Shown: positions 13,246 to 23,619 of the stretch, in pieces | How positions within the stretch are numbered: position 1 is the stretch's first letter | Layout: each line of letters starts with the position of its first letter | Source: Atractiella rhizophila | Taxonomy: Eukaryota | Length of the DNA: 58,467 nucleotides | Direction of reading: 5' to 3' | Assembly (NCBI GenBank): GCA_021432655.1 | Contig: MU271214.1 | Coordinates: 1-58,467 of the forward strand | Translations under genes and position numbers: made by a program | The notes under the pieces: generated by a model | The model's input: only the letters and a program-made list of their open reading frames with translations | Database searches by the model: none | What the model was told of the DNA's origin: nothing

Positions 13246-15760
13246 TCACTTCGACCACTTCTTATGTGAATGGTACAGTTTTTCGTGTATCCAACCGAGG
13301 ACAAAATTCGGAACAAGACCGTGAGCCCAAGAGGCAAACAGTTGGTCGATACCGATGGGATAACAGAACTATTTTCTGTATTAGCACTCTCTTCTAACGG
13401 CGAGGGATCCACTCTACCCTAGGGTAATCAATTTCGATAGCATTTCGAACCACGGTAAAGATGAGACCATCATCAACCTTCCACGCGCTGATCCACTTGC
13501 CGAGCGTCTGTGTAACTTTGACCTGGGTATCAAAGACGCTTCGAACAAATGGATTCGCGTCGACGCTGAGTATGCTTCGCACATCGTTTGTAACCGACAC
13601 CGTAGGTTGTGTGGGATCAAGGTGCTCCATCTCGCTGCGCGAGGCATGAGACATCGTTGAAGCGCCGGGGAGAACGAGGGAGACTGCGATGCCGAACGGG
13701 GAAAGTTCAAAGGCCAGAGTTCGTGTCATGGACCTGAAGGCTGCTTCAGGCACCGAAAGAGCGCCAGAAGGTAGGGCTATTGCATATCGTTAATCTTGCA
13801 CGATGTGACACAGAAGAACTCACGTCCGAGCCCGGCACTACCTGAGGAAGCCCATATATTCATCACACGTCCCTTATCGTTCCGCAAGAGATCCATCAAG
13901 TCTTGCACGATTGTAAGACTCACATTCACCTCCTTAGTCAACTCTGCCAGGTGGTCCTCCGTTGCAATTGACAGAGGTATTGGGATTTCCGAATAGTAAT
14001 CGTGGCCAGGAGACATTTTCTTGACATTGGACTTCCCCGTCGATTCACTCGAAGATGATCTTGATCGCGTCATATCGCTAGAGCTGAAAGTACGAGGGAC
14101 TGAGCGAGCAGTCGAAGACTCAACGACATTGATGAGAGCGGCAAGGATGAGTTTGTTGTTTCGACAATAGGCGCGAATGGTGTCCAGTGCCTTCTCCCGC
14201 TCGCCGGAATTGCTGGTCTGAAATACGAGTGGGTGAAGACTTCCCCACCTCCTCTCCTTTTGTTCCGTGTCTGATCCCCAAAGGTCTTCTCCTTCAGAGT
14301 CGTTGGAGGCGCTCGATCGACGTCGGGATTTGAGAGATTGCCATCGATAGAGCAGCGTGGGCAATGTCGACTCTGAAGAGCATTGTGCGAAAACGACGAA
14401 TCCAGCAGCGGCAAAACGAAGCGATAATTCGCGAGAAAGTCCTGTACATGTAGTCGATTAGTGTGCTTTGAAATATCGCTTTTGCTCATGTTGTTTCTTC
14501 TTGGCAAAGGACAGAGCCCCGTCTTACTCCTTTCACGAGAAAAATGTTCAAACTTGACACTGGCTACACCTTAACATTGTCCGCGTCGAGTTGGAGCAAA
14601 GAACCGTCATAGTTGACGATAAGAGGGGAAGCCGTCACAGCCAGAAAATGAAAAGTCTCAAGGTCCTACGAACAATTATTGGTAGGTGGAATAGAGACGA
14701 CATAAAGAATCGAGTGATGTCGGGTCAGCCTGCACTTCGTCCCCCTCGAGTTTGGAGAGATTCATTGCTCTACAGGAAGACTGAGCGTATCAGGACCACG
14801 TATTGATAATGTTTGTAAGAGCTACCTAATGGTATCTTCCCACCTACAGTCCTCCTAACCAAAGCTAAAGAACAGCATCGCCAGTTAAGGCGAATTCTGT
14901 CTACTTAGGCCAATAGTAACCTCAGAATGCATGAAAAAACCTAATGGGCAGAACAGAATTAGACGGCTTCCAATCCAAATCTCCGGGTGTGGAAGACATC
15001 ATTCCGTAGACACACATCTGCTCCACTTACCACCTCTCAACGCTCTAATCCCTAGAATGGGGTAATCGGGAAAAATGTACATACAGACATAAATACACAG
15101 CAAGCAGTGCAACAACGGATAGCTGAAGCAGGTCAAAGTTTAAAGGTCGAGCGACGGGAAAGGTGTTATGAGGACGTCGTCTCCCTCCCAGATCTGTATT
15201 TAAAAGAGAGGTGCTTCGTCTACTATCCTCATGCATCGCCATAACCCTGTAGGGACGCAAACACATGACATGTCATTCTGGAGCGTCTCGAAGCCCTTTG
15301 ATGTTGGCACTTCCCAAGAAATCATGACGTCATACAGCGCGACACAGATATATTTTCTTTATTACAGACTTGACGGCGCAAAGACGCAAAGTACGTATCA
15401 ACGCAACGACGTGAACCCAATTGGTACATACAAAGGACACTTACCTCCCCCAGACCCACAAACCACCACGACCCTCTCCCTCTCCCTCCCCTTCACACAG
15501 CACCTCAGCACCTCCCTCCCTCTCTGCGCCTTGTCCTTCCCCTCTTCCTCCCTCTCCCGCCTAATAGCCTCGCTCAGCGACTCCGTCGTCCGACCAAACA
15601 CGGTGCGCATGAAGAGATCGTAGGTCGAGGAAAGGAAGAGAGAGTAGAGGAGCGCGAGCAACGAGGTCGTTTGGCGAAGTAGCAGGAGGAGATGTGCACG
15701 TGGAGACTGGGGTGCTGATTTTGATGAACCCGTTTTGCGTGAAGGTAGTATTGGTCGCAT
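13246..15760 (-). CDS. Atypical short-chain dehydrogenase/reductase (Rossmann fold) with N-terminal hydrophobic segment; 1003-nt first intron
   Basis: Splicing GTAAG(15444)..CTAATC..TACAG(14442) gives RVVVVCGSGG/GLSRELSLRFAAAGFVVFA (SDR beta1-alphaA). Later motifs: DLLRNDKGRVMNI, LAFELSPFGIAVSLVLPG and YPR/FCYPIG. Stop at 13246-13248. Confidence 0.8.
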
Positions 15761-17911
15761 CGTGACGTATAGTGCGTGGACGTTAACAAGAGATTAGCTG
15801 CGTTAACCAAGCTTGACGATTGTTGGCAATGAACCAGCGAAAAACCGTGACGCGTAACGGGGACCTTGAAGAGGCAGCAGAGGAGACAACCCAACGTTGA
15901 CAGGGTTAAGAAGAGGAAGGAGGAGCTCGTGAAAGTCAACCAAGCCAATGAAAGAATATCGCGAACCTGGAGCAGATTAGATGCCGACGGGCGGATTTGT
16001 CCACCGAAAGGCTCACCTTCAAGACTGACTTTTTTCGGTTCATCAGCCGACGTACCTGACCTCTGACCTAGTCCTGGCCTGTACAGATCATGACTATCGA
16101 TGGAGTTGGAATGTAATGGAGGTTGGAGATGGAAAGAAGCTTACAGAGGACAGAGTGAGGGCTTCTTTGCTCATCTTTTGGAAATTGGGATAGTATGGCT
16201 AGAAGTATCTGATGTGTCACTACCTCTACGTACCTGCATTCTACGCCTTATGTGCGATGTAGAGCCAAAGTGACAACTTCCCGTCGAATTATGCACAGGA
16301 TCACGTGATCGTCTTATTTTTTAAGGAATTCCTAGCACTACTTCGAATGATCAAGAAAATGGTTAAATAACGTGGTTAATCTCGTCCCGACATTATCTAC
16401 TGCTCTTCTGGCTCAAGAGATAGAACCGTTGTCGCGTTGCTCAAAACTTTCGTCGTTAACATGGGAGGAATATGCTCAGGTCAGGTATCCTGCGTCCGTG
16501 CCTCCTAGAATTAGTAGTTCCTGCCCATCAGTTCTCTCTCGACTTCAAGTGTTACTATCCGACATACTCTGCGGCATCGTAAAACCTTTGAGGCCCTTTT
16601 AGATGTACCTTCAGTGCTCAAAACGACATTGAATATATTGCGATCACCTCAGTAAACAGATTTTACACCATCGGCCATCCTGCCACTGCACCCGCTTTCT
16701 CCTCAGTGAGACATTCAATATCACCCTTCCCACAATCTTCCCTGTGACACTACTCCCCAGCTCTCGAACGTTGCGGCCGACATGGTTCCAACTTGGAAGA
16801 GTGCTTGATAGTACAGTACTCCCGAGTCAGGTACGACTACAGCCTCCCTGAGCGCTAGCGGCAACCTTCCAGCAGAGGACACTCAACCTGTTGATCACCG
16901 TACCGTCATGTTCCATCCCACTGCTAGCTGGTATTTTGGATCCAAGGTACTTGGGTTCGACGTCATCCTGTTCTCTCCCTTATCTAACCAGAGTCTATCA
17001 TTTTTCTATTGCTTGCGACATGCGTTTCCCATTCCATTGGAAAAGTGCAATTCATGCAATGTAGTGTTAAACAAGAGCGAGGGTGACAATCGGAAAAATT
17101 TGTAGCAATTTTACAAGAATGCTGTCATAAATCGGTCAGTTGTTGCCTAAGCAAGCAGCCCCCACCATCCTGCTGCAACATAAATATGCCTATCATCTTC
17201 ACTTAATGCAACCCTCACTGAAATTTCTCCCAGGATCAGAACACAAGTAACGTCTCCCTCGAGATGAGGAGGTATCACTTTATCTTGTTCCCTCACATCG
17301 TGGATTCTACGATGAAGCACCATCTTTCCATTGAAGAAATGCATCCCGAACTGCTCCGTCATCTCTGAACATAAGCTCACATCCAACTCTCAAAGCGCAA
17401 GCCCCTCCTTTTTGCAGTATCGCATGTCTCATTCCATCGGTATCTTGCCATCCCGCGGCCACTCTGGACTTTGGCTGTACAAGTGTGTCAACCGGCCTTC
17501 GTCCCTCAGGCCCCCCAACCCATTCGCAAGGGGCATGGTACTGTGACTCTTGTGAGGGTTCGAGTCCAGTTGAAACGCATTTTTTACCCCCTTCAGAATA
17601 AAATTTCCTCGCAGCTTCAGAAAGGCGCAAACATATGCAGTAAGATGGTGTAATTCATTTCGTCTCAATGGGCCTGGTGAGGGAGGAATAAAGGCTCAAA
17701 AGTGCGTTTTATGACTCATGCCAAGAACGGATGGCTTTTAGAGGTAAAAAAAGGATAAGGATTAGTCGACATCGTCGTTGATCTTAGTTTTTATCCAAAC
17801 GCGATCTCGATCAACCACCACCACAGAAAACGACACCCCTCTGATTCTCTCCACAACCGCATCAGCCCAAATCCAAAGCATCCAAGCCAGCATCAAATCC
17901 ACAAACAAGAA

Positions 17912-19343
17912 ATGAGCACCACCCTGCCCTCTCCCTACCTCAAACCACACCTGTACTCCGACTCGGACTCATCTCTCTCCCACGACGCGTCTCTCTCCTT
18001 CCTCGGGGAACAAGACGCGCCGTCTCTCGCTAACGATTCCTTCAGTGGATCCGGGGTCGAAATTCAGAACCCAGTGGGAGAAGAGGTTGAGGTTGAGGGG
18101 AAGGGAAGGGCGGAGAGCGTGCGGGAGAGGTTAGAGCGGTTAGGAATCACCGGCAATGGTCATGAGGGTCAAAGAGGTATGAGAGGGAAAGGTGCAGGCG
18201 CGGGAAGGGAGTACGAGTATCATGGCTCGATGCGTCCCTTTGCTTCATCATCGACAGCTTCCACTTCTGCCTCTGATCAGCGACAACGACAACGTCAACG
18301 TCAAGGACAAGCATCTCCTTCTCCGCCTTCTACTCCCAAAGCGTCCCAATCTCATGCTAAAGCGCGAAGATCAACAGAGGAGGAAGCAGAGGATGGGGAA
18401 GAGGAGTACGATCCCACCGAACTCGAGGGAGACTCGGAGCGCGCCAAAAGGTTGAGGACGCTTAAAGCGGAGCGTGACGCTCTCAGGAAGCTCAACTTGG
18501 TGGTGGAGGGGTTGTTGGATGGATTTAGGACCTTGAAAGCGAACTTGGATGTGCGTCTTTTCTCCTCTCTCGTGAGGGTGAGGATATTGCAGGCTGGGCG
18601 TGCAACGCGACTTTGCTCTAGACGACGCGCATGCGTGAAGTGAGAAGAGCGAGATATTCTCTGCATGGGTTGTGCTGACTCTCGATGCATATCCAATGTC
18701 TATGTTGATACGTATACTGATACTTACTGAACACAGAACTTCCCACGTGCCATCCAAACTTCCCACGACCTCCTCGACCTCTACTCCACCCATCTCCGCT
18801 CATCAGGCCAGAATGTCGATCTGATAGAGAGCGGATGGGAAGGCACAGGTGCGGTAAGTCCTTACATCTATCCCATCTCTTCCTCTCTCCTTTCGCTCCT
18901 TCCCTTCACAAATTCAGATATATAAAGTTGACAAATCCACCGCGGCATAGGACGAACGCCTGGCGCGCGAGCAAGAGGAAGAGGCCATCCGGGAACGAGA
19001 GCGAGAGCGCGAACGCGAGCGGGAGAAGGAGCGAGAAAAAGAGCGGGAGAAGGACGAGGCGCGACGTCGCGCGGAGGAGTCAGCTTCCTCTTCCTCCTCC
19101 TCGCGCGCTCGCGGTCGCGGAACAAGAGGGGCACGCGCACCCGTTTTCTCTAGAGGCTCGAGGATATCCCCTCCTGGTAGCGTCGCGCACTCTAGTGTGG
19201 GTACTGGTGCGCGACAAGCTGGAGTGGGAACGGGGAGCACTGGTCCTGCAGTAAGGGGAACGGCTAGTGTGACTGGCGTTAGGGGACAGAGAGGCTTGAG
19301 GAGTAGAGTCGTCACGCGCCCACCGGGAGGGAGCGCGCGGTAG
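17912..19343 (+). CDS. DUO1: DASH/Dam1 kinetochore complex subunit Duo1 (3 exons)
   Basis: LKAERDALRKLNLVVEGLLDGFRTLKANLD/NFPRAIQTSHDLLDLYSTHLRSSGQNVDLIESGWEGTGA/DE matches the Duo1 core pattern, followed by an E/R coiled coil and a G/R/T-rich tail. Stop TAG at 19341-19343. Confidence 0.8.
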
Positions 19344-20289
19344 TGGCGCTGATGTTCTTATAGGGGAGGGCTAGATCGTTCTGATGTTGGCTGCATGTTG
19401 TCGTTTCAGTTTGCATAAAACGATTGTGAGGAATGTATTATGCTATTTAGATGCAATGCGTAGGTTACAAGGCAAAGTGTGAGAGTCGGTTTATGCCAAT
19501 GGAGAGGGCCAATTTACAATACGGAATGGCACTTGGCCTTATATGAAGATCATTGGAGGAGGAGTTGGAAGTTTGCTGACGAACAAAAGTTCGCCATGCC
19601 ATGTGCACTGCACTTGAGGACTTTCTTGACACCTTTGGGATCTCGACGTTGTGCCTCGAGAAATTCGATGTACGGGACAGTGAGTCTGCTCAACAACATA
19701 GGGTTTGTTCTCACAGGAGGACATTAAGGATGTGATTCCCAATGTTCATCAGTTTGAAAGTAGACGCTACAACTATCTTTCTCCCTGCACTATCAAGAGG
19801 AACTTGCCTTTGGCTCGCGTATCATTGCAACTTTGAATTCATTCTATGTTCATCGCTGCAACATTTACTTTTCTTTCCGTCCCACAAGCACAAGCGTAAA
19901 ATGTTGGTAGGTAGGAACGAAGTCAATTGCACAAACAACTCTTTCAATGAAAAACACGATTCTTCCAAACCAAAAGGGTCAGAGCTTTTCCTCGTACTCA
20001 CTAACGTAACAAGGAAAGTTGGCGTCGAGTACGTTCCTCAGCTCCCAAAGAGCTCCAGACTTTACCTCCTCCTTCCCGAGAGAAGGAAGAGGGCGTTCTA
20101 GCGCTTCTCTGAGAGTAAGACAACCGCCAGCAGCTTCATCATGCTTTTTTGATTTTGGAAGAATCGAATTTTTCAGATGATGATGCAAGCTTTTATAGGC
20201 ACACATCATCAACCCCCACAAAAATATGGGCGAAGGGTCAGCGCGCACCTTCAAAAGACAGAAACGAAAGTTAAAAACGCAAAAGGTGA

Positions 20290-20367
20290 TGACGAGAGTG
20301 GGATTCGAACCCACGCCCGAAGACTGCGGCCTTAACACAGCGCCTTAGACCACTCGGCCATCTCGCC
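20290..20367 (-). tRNA. tRNA-Leu (AAG)
   Basis: GGCGAGA-TGGCCGAGTGGTCTAAGGC-G-CTGTG TTAAGGC CGCAG-TCTTCGGGC-GTGGG TTCGAAT CCCAC-TCTCGTC-A folds as a cloverleaf with A and B boxes. A TTTT terminator follows. Confidence 0.97.
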
Positions 20368-20520
20368 ATTTGATGAAAGGTAGCCCCGCTCTTAGTTTGT
20401 TAACTTTGCGCAAGTCAATTGCAGCCCCCGCCTCTTCCAAAGCTGAGGTCGTCTACTCGAACCCCCGACCAAACGAAGGAGGGCAGCAAGGGGCAGGCGG
20501 GGATGGGGGAACGGGCAGAG

Positions 20521-20745
20521 GAAGGGGGAGGAGGGAGAGGAGGGAGAGGAGGGGAGAGGAGGGAGAGGAGGAGAGGAGGAGAGAGGGAGAGGAGGGAGAG
20601 GAGGGAGAGGAGGGAGAGGAGGGAGAGGAGGGAGAGGAGGGAGAGGAGGGAGAGGAGGGAGAGGAGGGAGAGGAGGGAGAGGAGGGAGAGGAGGGAGAGG
20701 AGGGAGAGGAGGGAGAGAGGAGAGGAGGGAGAGGAGGGAGAGGAT
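20521..20745 (+). repeat. Purine-only 9-bp tandem repeat (GAGGGAGAG)n
   Basis: Visible periodic array of ~220 nt, essentially only G and A on the + strand. Confidence 0.95.
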
Positions 20746-21025
20746 GAAGAGGAAGAGGGGATAGTGAATAAGAGCCCATTTTCAATGAGGTGGGTGCCTA
20801 AACTACTGTCATGAAGAAATGGTTGTTCTCCAACATGTCACATTTTACACGTTCTTTGTCACTGTGTGACGCTTTGTTTCATGTCATCTAACTGATGTTT
20901 GTGTACGTGTTGATATGACATTGATATCAAGATACCTTTCAATGAATTCCCACTTGTATTACGAGATCTAATGATGGTTTGACCAACCCTTCAATCAACA
21001 ACCAAACTACAAAGCTACAAAGTTG

Positions 21026-22242
21026 CTACAAGCAAGCCGAACCTCTCTCCTTGAACCATTGCCAACCTCCCCCGTGCCCAGAATTGTCAATCAACTCGAT
21101 AGGAACTTTCTCCAGTTCTTCTTGCATTTGCTTGGGGTTGGGATATTGGAGAAAGTGTTCAAAATCGATGAGTTTTATTCCAGGACGCTCAGACAAGACG
21201 ACAAAGTTATTTCGATTCACATCCCCATGTAATAGTCCCAATGCATGTAACTTCTTCAGAATCGCTTGACAAGCATCAAGATCTTCGATGGAAGCAGCAT
21301 GTCCCACCAATTTCTCCAACAGAAATCCAATAACACGACCGTCCTCGTGAATTGTCAGGTTTGCATCTTACGCAAATCGGCGCCCGTTCGCCGGATTGCG
21401 TCTCCTATCGTCCGTTTGCGTTCCCTGCGAATCGGCACCCGTTCGCCCATTTGCCCATTTGCACCTACATCACCACTTAGCCCAATTGTGCCTATCCTCC
21501 TCTTATTAACTCCGCATAATCCCACTGTCACTTCCCCTTTTAGTTCTCTTACATGTTTCATCTGCTCTCCTCTATGCTCTGTGGCAGTGTTATTCCGCTT
21601 GTATATATAGATCAGAGAGTAGTGGAGGTGATCTTAGAGTATCCTCTTAGGTTTATCTCTACTACAGGTTAGTCTTCATGTCATATCATGCACTTAGGTT
21701 TATCTCCACTACAGACGCATCGCCTATCGGCGACCGCACATAGTGTCAGCCCTAACATGAATATGTGCAATAAATCGTGGTATAAATTCGCAACCCTCCA
21801 ACAACTGATATGCTCGAGTTTCCTGCTCCACCTCAAGTATCTCCCATTCAAAATGAGCAAATTTCGCAATGTAGGTCGTTGAATCCAAGACAACTTTGGA
21901 AACCAATGTTGTAAGCTGCTTAACCCTTTTCAAGGAAATGCAATGAACCATTTTATGATGCCATGGGAGAATACCGGTGAGTTGCTTGTTCGATGTGACG
22001 ACGTTCAAATTCCTAGTGGATTGATCTCGTGAGATGTCCGCGATGTTCCATTCTTTGTCAATAGGAAGAGATGGCAGAGATTGAATCAGCCATGAAAGCA
22101 TCGCTCTGTCAAAGGTTCGAGGTTGAATTGTGAGATATTTGATTTTTTGTCCAATCTGGACGTGGTATTCACTGGCAATAGTTGGGTCTTCAACACCGTC
22201 GCCATCAATGTCCGTCGCCAAGATGGAGAGCTGATTATCCAT
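21026..22242 (-). pseudogene. Intronless protein-kinase-like (APH/RIO-like) gene interrupted by a solo LTR
   Basis: Motifs IAKFAHFEWEI..VEQETRAYQLL, GFLLEKLVG, LHALGLLHGDVNRNNF, IKLIDFE and SG.GGG. The ORF is split by the insertion at 21353-21757. Confidence 0.85.
21353..21757. mobile_element. Solo LTR (405 bp) of an LTR retrotransposon
   Basis: Termini TGTCAGG...CCTAACA (TG..CA, imperfect inverted repeat). 5-bp TSD TGAAT at 21348-21352 and 21758-21762. The empty site GTCCTCGTGAATATGTGC is seen in the paralog at ~22850. TATATATA at ~21602. Confidence 0.92.
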
Positions 22243-22531
22243 GACTGCCTTCTATACCACATATAAAATCAATTCAAAACCAAAATCAAAATGTCAAAGA
22301 AAAAAAAACTACTGTCATGAAGAAATGGTTGTTCTCCAACATGTCACATTTTACACGTTCTTTGTCACTGTGTGACGCTTTGTTTCATGTCACCTAACTG
22401 ATGTTTGTGTACGTGTTGATATGACGTTGATATCAAGATACCTTTCAATGAATTCCCACTTGTACTACGAGATCTAATGATGGTTTGACCAACCCTTCAA
22501 TCAACAACCAAACCACAAAGCTACAAAGTTG

Positions 22532-23328
22532 CTACAAGCAAGCCGAACCTCTCGCCTTGAACCATTGCCAACCTCCCCCGCGCCCCGAATTGTCGATCAA
22601 CTCGATAGGAACTTTCTCCAGTTCTTCTTGCATTTGCTTGGGGTTGGGATATTGGAGAAAGTGTTCAAAGTCGATGAGTTTTATTCCCCGACGCTCGGAC
22701 AAGACGACAAAGTTATTTCGATTCACATCCCCATGTAATAGTCCCAAAGCATGTAACTTCTTCAGAATCGCTTGACAAGCATCAAGATCTTCGATGGAAG
22801 CAGCATGTCCCACCAATTTCTCCAACAGAAATCCAATAACACAACCGTCCTCGTGAATATGTGCAATAAATTGTGGTATAAATTTGCAACCCTCCAACAA
22901 CTGATATGCTGCTTGAGTTTCCTGCTCCACCTGAGGTATCTCCCATTCAAAATGAGCAAATTTCGCAATGTAGGTCGTTGAATCCAAGACAACTTCGGAA
23001 ACCAATGTTGTAAGCTGCTTAACCCTTTTCAAGGAAATGCAATCAACCATTTTATGATGCCATGGGAGAATACCGGCGAGTTGCTTGTTCGATGTGACGA
23101 TGTTCAAATTCCCAGTGGATTGATCTCGTAAGATGTCCGCGATGTTCCATTCTTTGTCAATAGGAAGAGATGGCAGAGATTGAATCGGCCATGAAAGTGT
23201 CGCTCTGTCAAAGGTTCGAGGTTGAATTGTGAGATATTTGATTTTTTGTCCAATCTGGACGCGGTATTCACTGGCAATAGTTGGGTCGCCTCAATGTCCG
23301 TCGCCAAGATGGAGAGCTGATTATCCAT
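22532..23328 (-). pseudogene. Second copy of the kinase-like gene, frameshifted near the 5' end
   Basis: Relative to copy A there is a 12-bp and a 1-bp deletion at ~23286-23292 (GTTGGGTCGCCTCAATG vs GTTGGGTCTTCAACACCGTCGCCATCAATG). The downstream kinase frame 22532-23107 is open. Confidence 0.85.
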
Positions 23329-23619
23329 GACTGCCTTCTATACCACATATAAAATCAATTCAAAACCAAAATCAAAATGTCAAAGAAATCAATACCCGAG
23401 AATCTGAAGATGCTGGAGTACGATGGTCGCAGCTCAAAACAACACTACAAAGGCAGACTAAGACTAAATACTAAGATGACTGACCTTGCTTAAATCTTGG
23501 GCGTTTCCATGAATCAGAAGTTCATGCAACGTTCATGTCTTTGAATACTCGATAAAGGCACATTTACAGAAAATTTGGGCCAAAAGTTTGCTCAATGTGG
23601 GAGACCCAGTCAATATTGA

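Larger units (their letters stand above)
3380..14121. repeat. Tandem segmental duplication: copy A 3380-7490, copy B 7491-14121 (B carries ~2.5 kb extra in 10.25-13.0 kb)
   Basis: AGAAGCGCGGTTCGTGAGATCAAT occurs at 3380 and 7491. The ZUP1 genes align at an offset of ~4135. 6390-7490 matches 13010-14121, both ending GTCGAAGACTC(A). Confidence 0.95.
20800..23388. repeat. Tandem duplication of the kinase-like gene: 20800-22302 and 22306-23388
   Basis: AAACTACTGTCATGAAGAAATGG occurs at 20800 and 22306. Both copies end ATCAAAATGTCAAAGAAA, and the junction lies in an A9 run (22300-22308). Confidence 0.95.

Noticed and set aside
20370..20814. ORFs with EEG, RER and SSP repeats
   Set aside because: These are translations of the 9-bp GA tandem repeat in stop-free frames; there is no gene evidence.
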